This document shows, piece after piece, positions 18,728 to 28,600 of a DNA stretch of 64,000 nucleotides. Below the pieces are notes generated by a model. That model searched no databases, was not told the DNA's origin, and saw only the letters and a program-made list of their open reading frames with translations. The stretch's first letter is position 1. Every line of letters begins with the position of its first letter. Made by a program: the position numbers and the translations under genes. The stretch is taken from positions 1 to 64,000 of the IMG/VR virus record IMGVR_UViG_3300030390_001024; one strand, 5' to 3'. Source of the stretch: a virus.

Positions 18728-19710
18728 CAAATACTGAAAAGGAAGAGCAGTTCTATGCAAATAAAGATTTTTGCTTTAGCTATTCTTCCTTAAATAAATT
18801 ATTATTTTCACCATCTTTATTCTATAAAGATTATATACTATTTGACCGTGAGGTTAGAACAGATAAACATCTGATTGAAGGAAAGCTTATACACTGCCTG
18901 CTATTTGAAGCAGAGAACGTTGACAAAAAGTTCAGCGTTGTTCCAGGTAAGAGCCCAAGTGATAACATTAGGAAAGTGTTAAAGGACATGTCTATACATA
19001 CTGATTCAGATACACTAGCAAGTTGTGAAGACTTTGTAATTTTAGATTCACTTAAGAATCTAAACCTGTATCAGTCTTTAAAAGCTGATGAGTCAAGGAT
19101 TGCTAAGATAAGAACTACAGATAATGAACCATACTGGAAATTCTTAGGTAATAGTAATGTAGATGTTGTTGACCAAGATACTTTATCAAGATGTACAGAA
19201 AGAGTAGAGGTACTAAAGCAGAATAAAGATGTGATGTCTTTGTTTAGTGAAGTAAAAACAGACTTTGATTTAGACCCTATTGAAACATTTAGTGAGAAGT
19301 ACCTTAAGTCTGAACTAATTGATTGTGATTTTGGCCTTCATGGTTACATAGATTATTATTCAGTAGACACAGATAAAAAAGAAGTTGTTATATGTGATCT
19401 TAAAACAACCGGGAAGACAGTCTCTGAGTTCAAAGACACTGTAGACTTTTATAACTATTGGCTTCAAGCAGCTATTTATATGAAGCTTGTCTATGATACT
19501 TTAGGTGATGATAAGGAACAATATAATATAGACTTTAAGTTTATTGTAATAGATAAATATGATCAAGTTTACGTATTTGATGTGTCAAATAACACAGTAA
19601 ATGACTGGGCGGATGGTCTTGGTGGTGCAATAAATACTGCAAAATTCCATTATAATAGTAGAAATTACTCATTACCTATTGAATTCTTAACAAATAAGAT
19701 TAAATTATAG
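18718..19710 (+). CDS. PD-(D/E)XK exonuclease (RecB/Cas4-like fold)
   Basis: FSYSSL, HGYIDY, ICDLKTT, YWLQAAIY. Confidence 0.88.
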   Translation: MFITNTEKEEQFYANKDFCFSYSSLNKLLFSPSLFYKDYILFDREVRTDKHLIEGKLIHCLLFEAENVDKKFSVVPGKSPSDNIRKVLKDMSIHTDSDTLASCEDFVILDSLKNLNLYQSLKADESRIAKIRTTDNEPYWKFLGNSNVDVVDQDTLSRCTERVEVLKQNKDVMSLFSEVKTDFDLDPIETFSEKYLKSELIDCDFGLHGYIDYYSVDTDKKEVVICDLKTTGKTVSEFKDTVDFYNYWLQAAIYMKLVYDTLGDDKEQYNIDFKFIVIDKYDQVYVFDVSNNTVNDWADGLGGAINTAKFHYNSRNYSLPIEFLTNKIKL

Positions 19711-19711
19711 T

Positions 19712-20296
19712 ATGGGTAATGTATACACAGAATATTTTCAGAAGAGTAAAGTCTTCCTGTATCCTTTACTAGCTTTAGGCAGGGGTATAAAGTATGTACC
19801 TAGGGAAACCTATTGTGCATGGGAAGATGTATACTCTACTGATGATATGATGTTATTATGTGTATATAAATGTAAACTGACTGCTGATTTTAAAAAGTTT
19901 GCAAATAGACATTTAATAGCACACCCATTATTCAGGGATCATATATCATTAGATGACAAAAGACAAATGTTTATATTCAACTTTGATAAACATTCTCATG
20001 ATTATAAAAATTTTATAAAGGGTAAGTACTCTCAATACTCAATTAACGCAAAGATTTCAATACTTGAATTCTTTGAAACAGCTGAGGAAGAGCAGATACA
20101 ATATATACAAGGGTTTTTGCAGCCAGATGAAGTACATGAAGCATACGCTGAAGACTTAAATGTAAACATAGAAATACTAGAAGATGTTTATGAAGTCTGT
20201 TCTGCACCAAACATGGAAAAGGAAATATTAATTGATAATAATGTTATTTTGACTCAATTATTAAAAGAAAGTTCCATATATTTGACATCTAAATAA
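19712..20296 (+). CDS. Hypothetical protein (194 aa)
   Basis: Coupled ORF. Confidence 0.8.
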   Translation: MGNVYTEYFQKSKVFLYPLLALGRGIKYVPRETYCAWEDVYSTDDMMLLCVYKCKLTADFKKFANRHLIAHPLFRDHISLDDKRQMFIFNFDKHSHDYKNFIKGKYSQYSINAKISILEFFETAEEEQIQYIQGFLQPDEVHEAYAEDLNVNIEILEDVYEVCSAPNMEKEILIDNNVILTQLLKESSIYLTSK

Positions 20297-20304
20297 TAAA
20301 TAAA

Positions 20305-20721
20305 ATGGCACAAATAGGACAAAATATGATGTTAGTAAATTCTACATTTAGAAATGCTAAATCATTTACATTAATCCCAGTGAGTATGGACTCACCGTAT
20401 ACAGAAGCTATGTTTGACCCTGCGTCAGGCATCTTAGCAGTCATCAGTAAGGTAATGAAACAATCATATCATATGGTTCCAAAACTAGATGATGATGGAC
20501 AGCCCCTGAGACTTAAGAAACCTAATCCACAAACAGGAAAGACACACAAGGAAGAGAGAAGATTGGTAGACACCTTCTCTGAGTTTTATTTAAGTGATAG
20601 AGCAGATATTGAAACATTTATTCATATGTTTGCTGTTAATGCAGAAAACTTCTCAGTAGAAGAATTCTTTGTTGACTTAAAGAAAACGGAACCTTCTAAA
20701 ATTATATTACCTGGTCAGTAG
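20305..20721 (+). CDS. Hypothetical protein (138 aa)
   Basis: ORF preceded by TATATTTG (20277-20284) and followed by a terminator. Confidence 0.8.
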   Translation: MAQIGQNMMLVNSTFRNAKSFTLIPVSMDSPYTEAMFDPASGILAVISKVMKQSYHMVPKLDDDGQPLRLKKPNPQTGKTHKEERRLVDTFSEFYLSDRADIETFIHMFAVNAENFSVEEFFVDLKKTEPSKIILPGQ

Positions 20722-20750
20722 TGTTGAGTTGAGTAATATCCTTATTGACT

Positions 20751-20785
20751 AAAAAAAAGAAAGCTCATTGATTTGGGCTTTTTTT
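20751..20785. terminator. Bidirectional intrinsic terminator
   Basis: A8-G-AAAGCTCA...TGGGCTTT-T tract. Confidence 0.7.
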
Positions 20786-20805
20786 GGCTCTATTAAATAA
20801 ATACT

Positions 20806-21093
20806 ATGCCTGAAGAAATAACAAGAGAACAAATAATGGATGTCAACATACTATTAGCAATGAATAGATGTATGGCTGAAATTGCACATAATTTACAATA
20901 TATACATACTCAACAAGTCAAACAGAGAATAAAGCACGTTATAAAAACTGTAGACTTATATGATAGAGAAGTTAAGAAGAAACTAACAGATGATCAGTCA
21001 GCAGCTATAGAAGACATATATGACTGTATAATGGATCTAGTTTTAGAAGCTAAAGAAGTTACTATAAAAAATACTAAAGATGAAAGAATATAA
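20806..21093 (+). CDS. Hypothetical helical protein (95 aa)
   Basis: Clean ORF. Confidence 0.75.
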   Translation: MPEEITREQIMDVNILLAMNRCMAEIAHNLQYIHTQQVKQRIKHVIKTVDLYDREVKKKLTDDQSAAIEDIYDCIMDLVLEAKEVTIKNTKDERI

Positions 21094-21253
21094 TCCTTAT
21101 GCAATGTTAGTTGGCTATAGTATGGCCGGAGCTAATACACCTTTGGAAAAGAAAAAATATATAAGAATAGATAAGAGGACCAAAAAATATGGTAATCCTA
21201 GAAAACATAGGCCTGATTGGCAAGGTATAACTTATAAAACTAAAAAAACATGA
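21080..21253 (+). CDS. Small basic protein (57 aa, not in ORF track)
   Basis: MKEYNPYAML...RKHRPDWQGITYKTKKT; ATGA overlap with the polymerase gene. Confidence 0.6.
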   Translation: MKEYNPYAMLVGYSMAGANTPLEKKKYIRIDKRTKKYGNPRKHRPDWQGITYKTKKT

Positions 21254-23244
21254 AGAAGCACTGGGTGATGGACTATGAAACTTTATTTGATTGTTTTACT
21301 GCAGTGTTTGAGCATTATAAAACTAATGAAACAAAAATCTTTGTAGTATGCAGGCTAAAAAATGATCTAACTGAGTTTATACAGTTCCTAAAACAAAACA
21401 TAGAAAATAAAGAATGGCATATATCATACAATGGTTTAGGATTTGATGCACAAGTAACACATTATATCTTAGATCATTATGAAAGTTTTGAAAACATAGA
21501 CGGTAATGATGTTGCATATAATATATATAAATACGCACAGAGAACAATTGAGAAGAGTAATAATAGAGAGTTTAGTGATTATCCTCAATGGAAAATGGTA
21601 ATAGGTCAAATAGATCTGTTTAAGTTACATCATTGGGACAACCCTGCTAAACGTTCTAGTCTGAAATGGATACAGTATAGCATGGATTGGGAGAATATTC
21701 TAGATATGCCTATTCACCATACATCTAAGATAGATAATCAAGAAGACTTAGATACTATTCTAGAGTATTGTGTCAATGACGTAAGGTCAACTAAAGAAAT
21801 ATTTAATAGGTCTACTGATTTAATAAAGCTAAGGAAAGAACTAACTAATACATATGGTATTAATATGTTTAGTGCATCAGAGCCAAGAATTAGTAAAGAA
21901 GTATTTGGTTATTTCTTAACAAATATGTTAAATATACAGAAGAGAGATCTAAGGAATATGAAAACATATCGTGATACTATAAAGGTTAAAGATATTATAT
22001 TACCTTATGTGAAGTTTACATCTGCTGATTTTAATCTATTACTACAAAGGTTTAAATCTTTAGAAGTCAGTGGAGATAAACTTAAAGGAAGTTTTAAATA
22101 TAGTGTAAACTATAAAAATGTCAAGACTGACTTTGGTACAGGTGGTGTACATGGTGCAGCCAAGAAAGGTGTATATGAAAGTACAGAAGACATGGTTATA
22201 ATGTCTTCAGATGTTACTAGTTATTATCCTAATCTAGCTATAAAGAATCAATGGTCACCTGGTCATTTTCCAAAGAAAGAATTCTGTGATCAATATGAAT
22301 GGTTCTTTACTGAGAGAAAGAAGATACCTAAAAGTAACCCTATGAATTATGTATATAAAATTATACTTAACTCAACCTTTGGTCTTAGTAATGATGAAAA
22401 TAGTTTCTTCTATGATCCTGAGCTCTTTTGTAGAATAACTATTAATGGTCAATTGACTCTTATGATGCTATATGAGATGATAATGGAAAGAATTCCTGGA
22501 GCTATAGCTTTACTACAGAATACAGATGGCGTAGAAACCTTAATACCAAGGCCTTATATAGATGAGTATATGGAAATATGTAAAGAATGGGAAGATATAA
22601 CTAACCTTAATCTAGAACATGATGAATATCAAAAGCTAGTATTATCTGATGTCAACAATTATATTGGTGTGAATAACTTTATAGATGTTGACATTACTAA
22701 GTGGAGAGAAGTTAAACAGAGTCAGCCTCACTATCTATTTAAGGTAGAGAATGATAAGTTTAGCTTTGCTCCAGTTAAATTAAAGGGACGTTTTGATTTT
22801 CATAACTTACAATTGCATAAGAATAAGTCCAAATTAGTTATACCAAAAGCTATATATCAATACTTTGTTAACAATGTACTACCTGAAGACTATCTAGAAG
22901 AAAACAAAAACATTCTAGATTACTGTATAGGTGGTAAATCCAAAGGTGATTGGCAACAGGTAGCTAGATATATTAAGGATGGCGCATTTGCTGAAGATAA
23001 ATTACAAAAGATAAATAGATATTTTATCTCTAATGATGGAGTAAAGATCATCAAAGTAAATAAGAAAGACAACAGAGAGATACAACTGGAGTCTGGTAGA
23101 TGGGTTCAAACTATCTTTAATGTATTAAAGGTAGAGCCTAAATGGGAAAACTATAATATTAATAAAGCATACTACATGCAAGCAATAGAGACAGAGATCA
23201 ATAGTATCTTAACAGTCTCTACTAATCAATTAAAACTATTTTAA
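21250..23244 (+). CDS. Family B DNA polymerase (crAss type)
   Basis: Exo motifs DYET, YNGLGFD, YCVND; Pol motifs SDVTSYYPN, KIILNSTFG, NTDG. Confidence 0.95.
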   Translation: MKKHWVMDYETLFDCFTAVFEHYKTNETKIFVVCRLKNDLTEFIQFLKQNIENKEWHISYNGLGFDAQVTHYILDHYESFENIDGNDVAYNIYKYAQRTIEKSNNREFSDYPQWKMVIGQIDLFKLHHWDNPAKRSSLKWIQYSMDWENILDMPIHHTSKIDNQEDLDTILEYCVNDVRSTKEIFNRSTDLIKLRKELTNTYGINMFSASEPRISKEVFGYFLTNMLNIQKRDLRNMKTYRDTIKVKDIILPYVKFTSADFNLLLQRFKSLEVSGDKLKGSFKYSVNYKNVKTDFGTGGVHGAAKKGVYESTEDMVIMSSDVTSYYPNLAIKNQWSPGHFPKKEFCDQYEWFFTERKKIPKSNPMNYVYKIILNSTFGLSNDENSFFYDPELFCRITINGQLTLMMLYEMIMERIPGAIALLQNTDGVETLIPRPYIDEYMEICKEWEDITNLNLEHDEYQKLVLSDVNNYIGVNNFIDVDITKWREVKQSQPHYLFKVENDKFSFAPVKLKGRFDFHNLQLHKNKSKLVIPKAIYQYFVNNVLPEDYLEENKNILDYCIGGKSKGDWQQVARYIKDGAFAEDKLQKINRYFISNDGVKIIKVNKKDNREIQLESGRWVQTIFNVLKVEPKWENYNINKAYYMQAIETEINSILTVSTNQLKLF

Positions 23245-23245
23245 A

Positions 23246-23563
23246 ATGACGTACAGACCATTGCCAGAAGGGACCACAATTAAAGAGTCCCTTCTTCATG
23301 GCCTTGGATTGCATTCTACTAAATCTATTAGTAAGGATACTGTCCTAGGCATATCACATATCAAGAACACAAATTATGAAGATAATTATATTAGAACTCC
23401 TTTAGGTGGGTTTATAAACCATAGTGACACACCTAACTTAAGAAAGATTGGTAGTGCTGAATCAAGAGACATAGAAACAGGAACTTTAATGATTATAACT
23501 ATTAGAGATATATCACCTGGAGAAGAGTTAACACTTAAATATGATTTATATGCATTTGAATGA
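23246..23563 (+). CDS. SET-domain methyltransferase
   Basis: HGLGL, GFINHSDTPN, RDISPGEELTLKY. Confidence 0.9.
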   Translation: MTYRPLPEGTTIKESLLHGLGLHSTKSISKDTVLGISHIKNTNYEDNYIRTPLGGFINHSDTPNLRKIGSAESRDIETGTLMIITIRDISPGEELTLKYDLYAFE

Positions 23564-23777
23564 AGTCAAGAAAGGGACCAAATTAAAATTAATTAAAAGA
23601 AAGCATTACATAGGCAACAAGCCTGAGACAATGAATATATTAGATGATGAGGTTTTAATATATGAAGCTAATGATGGTCTTATTTCTATTTGTACAGATA
23701 AGGAAGGTAACCAATATAACATTCCTGGCTGGTATAAAGTAGAAATAATTGAAGAACCCTTGTCTGACTCAGAATAA
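23541..23777 (+). CDS. Hypothetical protein
   Basis: In-operon ORF. Confidence 0.65.
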   Translation: MIYMHLNEVKKGTKLKLIKRKHYIGNKPETMNILDDEVLIYEANDGLISICTDKEGNQYNIPGWYKVEIIEEPLSDSE

Positions 23778-23812
23778 TTTATTATATTTACACTTTAAAA
23801 GTTTAAACAATT

Positions 23813-24667
23813 ATGGGATACAAAAAACCAAAGGAAACAACCAGATGGCATTTAGAAAATGCACCCTTACCTAACCACGGTGAGTCATATACAGTTATAT
23901 CACATGGAGAAGTGATAGAAAACACATATAAATTATTATCAAAAAGTGGATTTATGGTCTCTAGAGAGATGTATAGATCTAGTAAGAATGCTAACATAGC
24001 TCAAGGAGTATATCATATATACCCAACCAATCCAACAGATGGAGACATTATAATGGAAAAAGAACTTGGAATGATGTTTGCTTGGACCAATTCATATGAT
24101 AAAACAAAAAGCTTTGCTTCAGCAATTGGAGCTTATGTTGCAGTATGTAACAACGGTATGATAGCCGGAGACATGATGAACTATAAAAGAAAACATAGAT
24201 GGTCTGCTTCACATGATATACATGTTCACATGAGTGATCAGATGAAGTCAGCAGAAAAGTACTACAAGAGATTAATAAAAGATAAAGAGGCGCTTAAGAA
24301 TGTAACAGTTACAGCAAAAGAAGCAGCTGAACTAGCTGGCCGTTTATTTATTGAAGAGGATTTGCTTGATTCACAACAGTTGTCTTGTGTAAAGCAAGAA
24401 CTAATTAAACCTTCTTATAACTATTCAGTAGGTAAAGAGTCAGGGTGGGCCTTTTATAATCATGTAACACATGCATTAAAGAAAGCACATCCACGGGACT
24501 GGGTAAATGACCAGCAGAACTTTCATGATTTTATAACAGTAGAATTATTAGGATCACCTGCATCTAAACCTATGTTTGAAAAACCTGTAGAGTATGTAGA
24601 CATGGGTCAACTTAGTATTGATGTGGATTTAGTAGAGCAAGATAAGTTTACATTTGATATATCATAG
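23813..24667 (+). CDS. DUF932-family protein
   Basis: YTVISH, NSYDKT...VCNNG...KH, WAFYNHVTHALK. Confidence 0.85.
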   Translation: MGYKKPKETTRWHLENAPLPNHGESYTVISHGEVIENTYKLLSKSGFMVSREMYRSSKNANIAQGVYHIYPTNPTDGDIIMEKELGMMFAWTNSYDKTKSFASAIGAYVAVCNNGMIAGDMMNYKRKHRWSASHDIHVHMSDQMKSAEKYYKRLIKDKEALKNVTVTAKEAAELAGRLFIEEDLLDSQQLSCVKQELIKPSYNYSVGKESGWAFYNHVTHALKKAHPRDWVNDQQNFHDFITVELLGSPASKPMFEKPVEYVDMGQLSIDVDLVEQDKFTFDIS

Positions 24668-24670
24668 GGT

Positions 24671-24748
24671 ATGCTAGAGGACATGTTATTATTTTTTTTA
24701 TTTATATTCCTCTTATGGTTTGCTTTAACAGATCAAATGGACAAATAG
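24671..24748 (+). CDS. 25 aa hydrophobic micro-protein
   Basis: MLEDMLLFFLFIFLLWFALTDQMDK directly after the DUF932 stop. Confidence 0.4.
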   Translation: MLEDMLLFFLFIFLLWFALTDQMDK

Positions 24749-24760
24749 GGAGAAACCAAT

Positions 24761-24792
24761 CAGGGTCTGAGTTTTTGCATTCTTGGGCCCTG
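24761..24792 (+). ncRNA. GC-rich hairpin with TTTTTGCATT loop
   Basis: CAGGGTCTGAG/CTTGGGCCCTG with G-U pairs. Confidence 0.55.
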
Positions 24793-24803
24793 CTCTCTCA
24801 AGT

Positions 24804-24869
24804 TATTACGGGGAGGGCATAAAGGCATATGCCAACAATAAGTTAATACTGTTGCCCTCCTTTGTAATA
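24804..24869 (+). ncRNA. Structured RNA element, family copy 2
   Basis: TATTACGGGGAGGGCA/TGCCCTCCTTTGTAATA outer stem; inner GGCATATGCC and AACA...TGTT. Confidence 0.6.
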
Positions 24870-24907
24870 TTTAAAACAAATTAATATCTGTAAAGATTTA
24901 GTAACAC

Positions 24908-25099
24908 ATGAAAAAATTTATTGAGTTTGCTCTGATCTGGTACAGTCAACAGATGGCCATACCGTTTTGGATCGTTGGACATATACATCTAAGCGTAAAT
25001 ATATATCAAGACATACATGAAATACTAGCTAGCATGGGGTTAAATCTAATCGTACTAATTGGTTTTATCATAGACTACAAAAAAAATAAAGACAAATGA
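24908..25099 (+). CDS. Two-TM small membrane protein
   Basis: Two hydrophobic segments and a basic tail. Confidence 0.7.
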   Translation: MKKFIEFALIWYSQQMAIPFWIVGHIHLSVNIYQDIHEILASMGLNLIVLIGFIIDYKKNKDK

Positions 25100-25377
25100 A
25101 TTCTAAACAAAGAAAAGAAACACCTGTATACTCTGGTGTACTAAAATATTTTCCTGATGCAATCATGGAAGTAGCAAGAGTATCGTTAGCTGGGAATAAA
25201 CAACATCATCCTGATAAGCCTTTACACTGGGATCGTAGTAAGTCAACTGATGAACTAGATGCTTTATCTAGACATCTTATTGATGCTGGTAAAATTGACT
25301 CAGATGGTATACGCCACTCTGCTAAAGTAGCATGGAGAGCGTTAGCCAACTTACAAAAAGAAATAGAAAAATTATGA
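25096..25377 (+). CDS. dATP/dGTP diphosphohydrolase-like protein (DUF5664 family)
   Basis: FPDAIMEVARVSLAGNKQH...DALSRHL...DSDGIRHSAKVAWRAL. Confidence 0.75.
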   Translation: MNSKQRKETPVYSGVLKYFPDAIMEVARVSLAGNKQHHPDKPLHWDRSKSTDELDALSRHLIDAGKIDSDGIRHSAKVAWRALANLQKEIEKL

Positions 25378-25556
25378 TATACTGGGACATATACTATATA
25401 CCATGGGATAAAATGTTATTAGAAGATCCTGCTCGTCATACTAAATGGATGGTAATAATGGCACATGATAAAGGAAGTGCTAAAGAAGCAGGAAAGAAAG
25501 AAGGTATGGTAACTAGAGTAACTCATTTAAATAAAAATAGAGATACAAGATTCTAA
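25374..25556 (+). CDS. Hypothetical protein (start revised to 25374)
   Basis: ATGA overlap with the upstream gene. Confidence 0.6.
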   Translation: MIYWDIYYIPWDKMLLEDPARHTKWMVIMAHDKGSAKEAGKKEGMVTRVTHLNKNRDTRF

Positions 25557-25557
25557 T

Positions 25558-25636
25558 AAATGAGGAGGGGGGTGGACACAACGTCCAAAAAATAATAATG
25601 TTAAATGTTTTTAATTTGTAACTCTCCTCCTTATTT
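25558..25636 (+). ncRNA. Structured RNA element, family copy 3, at the convergence of early and late arms
   Basis: ATGAGGAGGGGGGT/ACTCTCCTCCTTAT outer stem; inner GGAC-ACAAC-GTCC and AAAAATA...TGTTTTT. Confidence 0.55.
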
Positions 25637-25648
25637 TATTTTTAATTA

Positions 25649-28600
25649 TTATACATTAAACCCTATAGATATTAGCTCTGATTTTACAAGACCGTAGTAA
25701 TATGTTTGTGCCTGTGTAGCTGAACCAAAACTTGCACCATCTGATACATTACCAACATAAGTTATTCTTTTTGGTGCTCCATTTGAAAATGATTTGAAAC
25801 TTCTTTCTGGACTATTTTCACTATACGCAAATGCTTGTGGTGCAAAGCTATTACTATAAGGTGTTGTTCCAGGAGGAGATGGACTAAAACGTCCTCCTGT
25901 TTGAGCAAAACCACCTGGACCCATTATTTCTTCTAAGTCATTATTTGCAGTACTACCATCAGCATTAACTTTTGTTACCCTAAAGGCTATACCTCTATAC
26001 ATATCTGATGAAGAGAGTCCTGCATTTGCAGCTTGTGCTTCTATTATAGTAATAAAAGATCTTGTTTTACTTATATCGTCAAGTAATGTTGCATTTGTAG
26101 TGTTTACTCTATCATTCCAAGTACCAGAACCAGATTCACTAGGACTGGCTTCATAAGTAGTACCTCCACCTGCAGATACACCACCTGATTCATCAGCCCA
26201 TGCCATTACAACAATATTTTTTGCACTTGGAAAAAAAGGATTAGGATAGGTTCCTGCACCTATTGTTGCTACAAGAGCACCACCTTGTGCTTGGAAACCT
26301 AAATAACCAAGAGGTCTTTCTTGACCATTGTGGAACCAATATAAATGATTATCATAATCATCTTGACCATTAGTTGCTGTATTTGTATTATTGTTAGCAG
26401 CTGTACCACCTGTTGCATAGAAATCTTGAAGTAAGTTTCTAAAGCTAGTAGTATTAGTATAGTCTGCTGTTTTTTGAGCTTGAGTTCTAGTAAATGTTAT
26501 AATATCACCAGTTTGTGAAGTTAGTGTAGTACCTGAAGGGAGACTTAACGTTAGCGCCCTTAGCCCACTAGAAGGAGCTCCATCATTAAGTACTGTAGTA
26601 CCCACAGGAACTCCAGGTCCTGAAACTAACATATCATCTACAATACATAAATGGGCTTGATCTGTTTCTCCATTTGCATCATTAACTCTTCCTGCTTGAT
26701 TTCCCCTAGCCATTACCATAGTAACACCCGAAGCATTTTGATGGAGTTTAGCTTTTACTTCAGGTACACTACTCATTATTGCTGTCGTTATAATTGTACT
26801 ATTCATAGATCCTGAAGTATCACTATAGAAACAAAAGTATGTATCTTTTGATACTAGTATTCCACCAATAGTAAAAGTTTGTGAATTAAAATTAGGATCT
26901 GGATCCTCAACTGTCATTACAACTTCAAAGTTACCACCAGTAGCTGGATAAGTTCCTGATAAAGTTCCTGTACAGTTATTGTTTGGATCAGGAGTAAAAG
27001 TTAACCAACTTACTCCAGCTACAGGTCCATTTTGTGTAGTAAATATTGTAACAGGTCCGGTGTTATTTTCATTTACTGTAATAGTATACTTCAAGTCACT
27101 ACATGGATGATCTGCATCAGATGTAGTCCAAGTATATGTCCAAGCATCTCCACCTGTTAAGGCTGGATATGTGTTTAAAGTTACTGGATCATCTGAAGTC
27201 CATATTGGAGCTTCAGCTACTGGTAAAACATTTATAGTAATTGTAGCTGGATCACTCTCACAGTAACCATCATTATAAGTAAATGTAAATGTTATACTTC
27301 CATAAAAATTTAGAGCAGGTATAAATAACCATGTACCTGTACCTGTATCAAAAGTAAATGTCCCTGCTGCAGGGTTAGATAATGCACTTGCTGTAAATAC
27401 TCCTGTATAATTTCCATAACCATCATCTACGAAAGTAACAGTATCACCTACACCTCCTGCATCATCTTCATTGACATTATAGTTTCCACCACTAACAGTT
27501 GGACATGTATTTAAAGAAAATAATTTACAACAAGACTCCCAGTATAATATATACTTATATGTAAAACCTCCTCCAGCAACCTCGTAGTTATGATATTTGA
27601 ATTTAAGTGACTCACCATATTTAAGTGTTGATGTAGGATAACCGTTATCAACTCCTGCTGCCCAGCTTATTTTACTATCATATAGATTACCAGGAGTACC
27701 CCATCCAATAGGAAATCTTAGTACATTATCTGCTAGAAATGTTGTTTGCTTTACATTTTCTACTATAACAACTCCTGTCTGACCATCAGTTAGTGTAGTC
27801 ATGCCTTTAATTGATCTATACGGTACTGTAGTATCATCTAGTGATATGTATGCGTTTAAAAATGTCTGATTCCAATCTGCTGTAGTACTCATTGGAAGAG
27901 TATCAAATCCTACAGGAGGAACAATTGTAGCAACATCTCTAAATTTAACTTCATTAGCAGCACTTGGATGTCTTACTAATACTTCAGTAAGTGTGTCATC
28001 TTGTGCTACAGTATCTAGATATAGTTCTTTTGTTTGTTGTAGACTACCATCATTAGTAAGTTTTTGTTCAGTAAAATTAGGATCAGCTGCTGGATAATTT
28101 GCAGGAGGTTGAATTATATCACTTTGTATTAATAGTGAATTTTGTATATTATCTCCATCTGGAGACCATAAAGGCACTCTCCTAAGTGTACCACTACCTT
28201 GAACACCCATGCTATTTGCAAATCTAAATTTAACTAAACCTGTACTTGCATCTAGTACAAGAACCTTTTCTTGTGTAGCATCCTGAGCTACATCTAGTAA
28301 TTTCATTGTACCTGTATTTATCCACTTACCATCATTTGTAACTGTAGTAGCTGGAGTAAATGCGTTTCCATCTTGAATCATTAATGAGTTTGCTATAGTA
28401 ACACCATCTGGTGTAAACATAGATATTCTAAAATTTGTACCACTACCATTAATTCCTGGATTGGGAGCCCAGCTAGGGAAACCACTTGGTCCTCCAGATG
28501 TTAAAACATCATTATTATTACCTGTTCCAAGTGCTCCAGAAGTAAAAGATCCAACTGCTGGAACAATAGTACCAGGAGCTGGCTGAGGATTTTGATATCC

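Noticed and set aside
18718-19710. Cas4 with a CRISPR mini-array
   Set aside because: No Fe-S cysteine cluster, and no regularly spaced repeat-spacer array seen
25096-25377. 2-aminoadenine (Z) genome system
   Set aside because: No PurZ or DatZ in the window, and the polymerase is ordinary crAss-type family B
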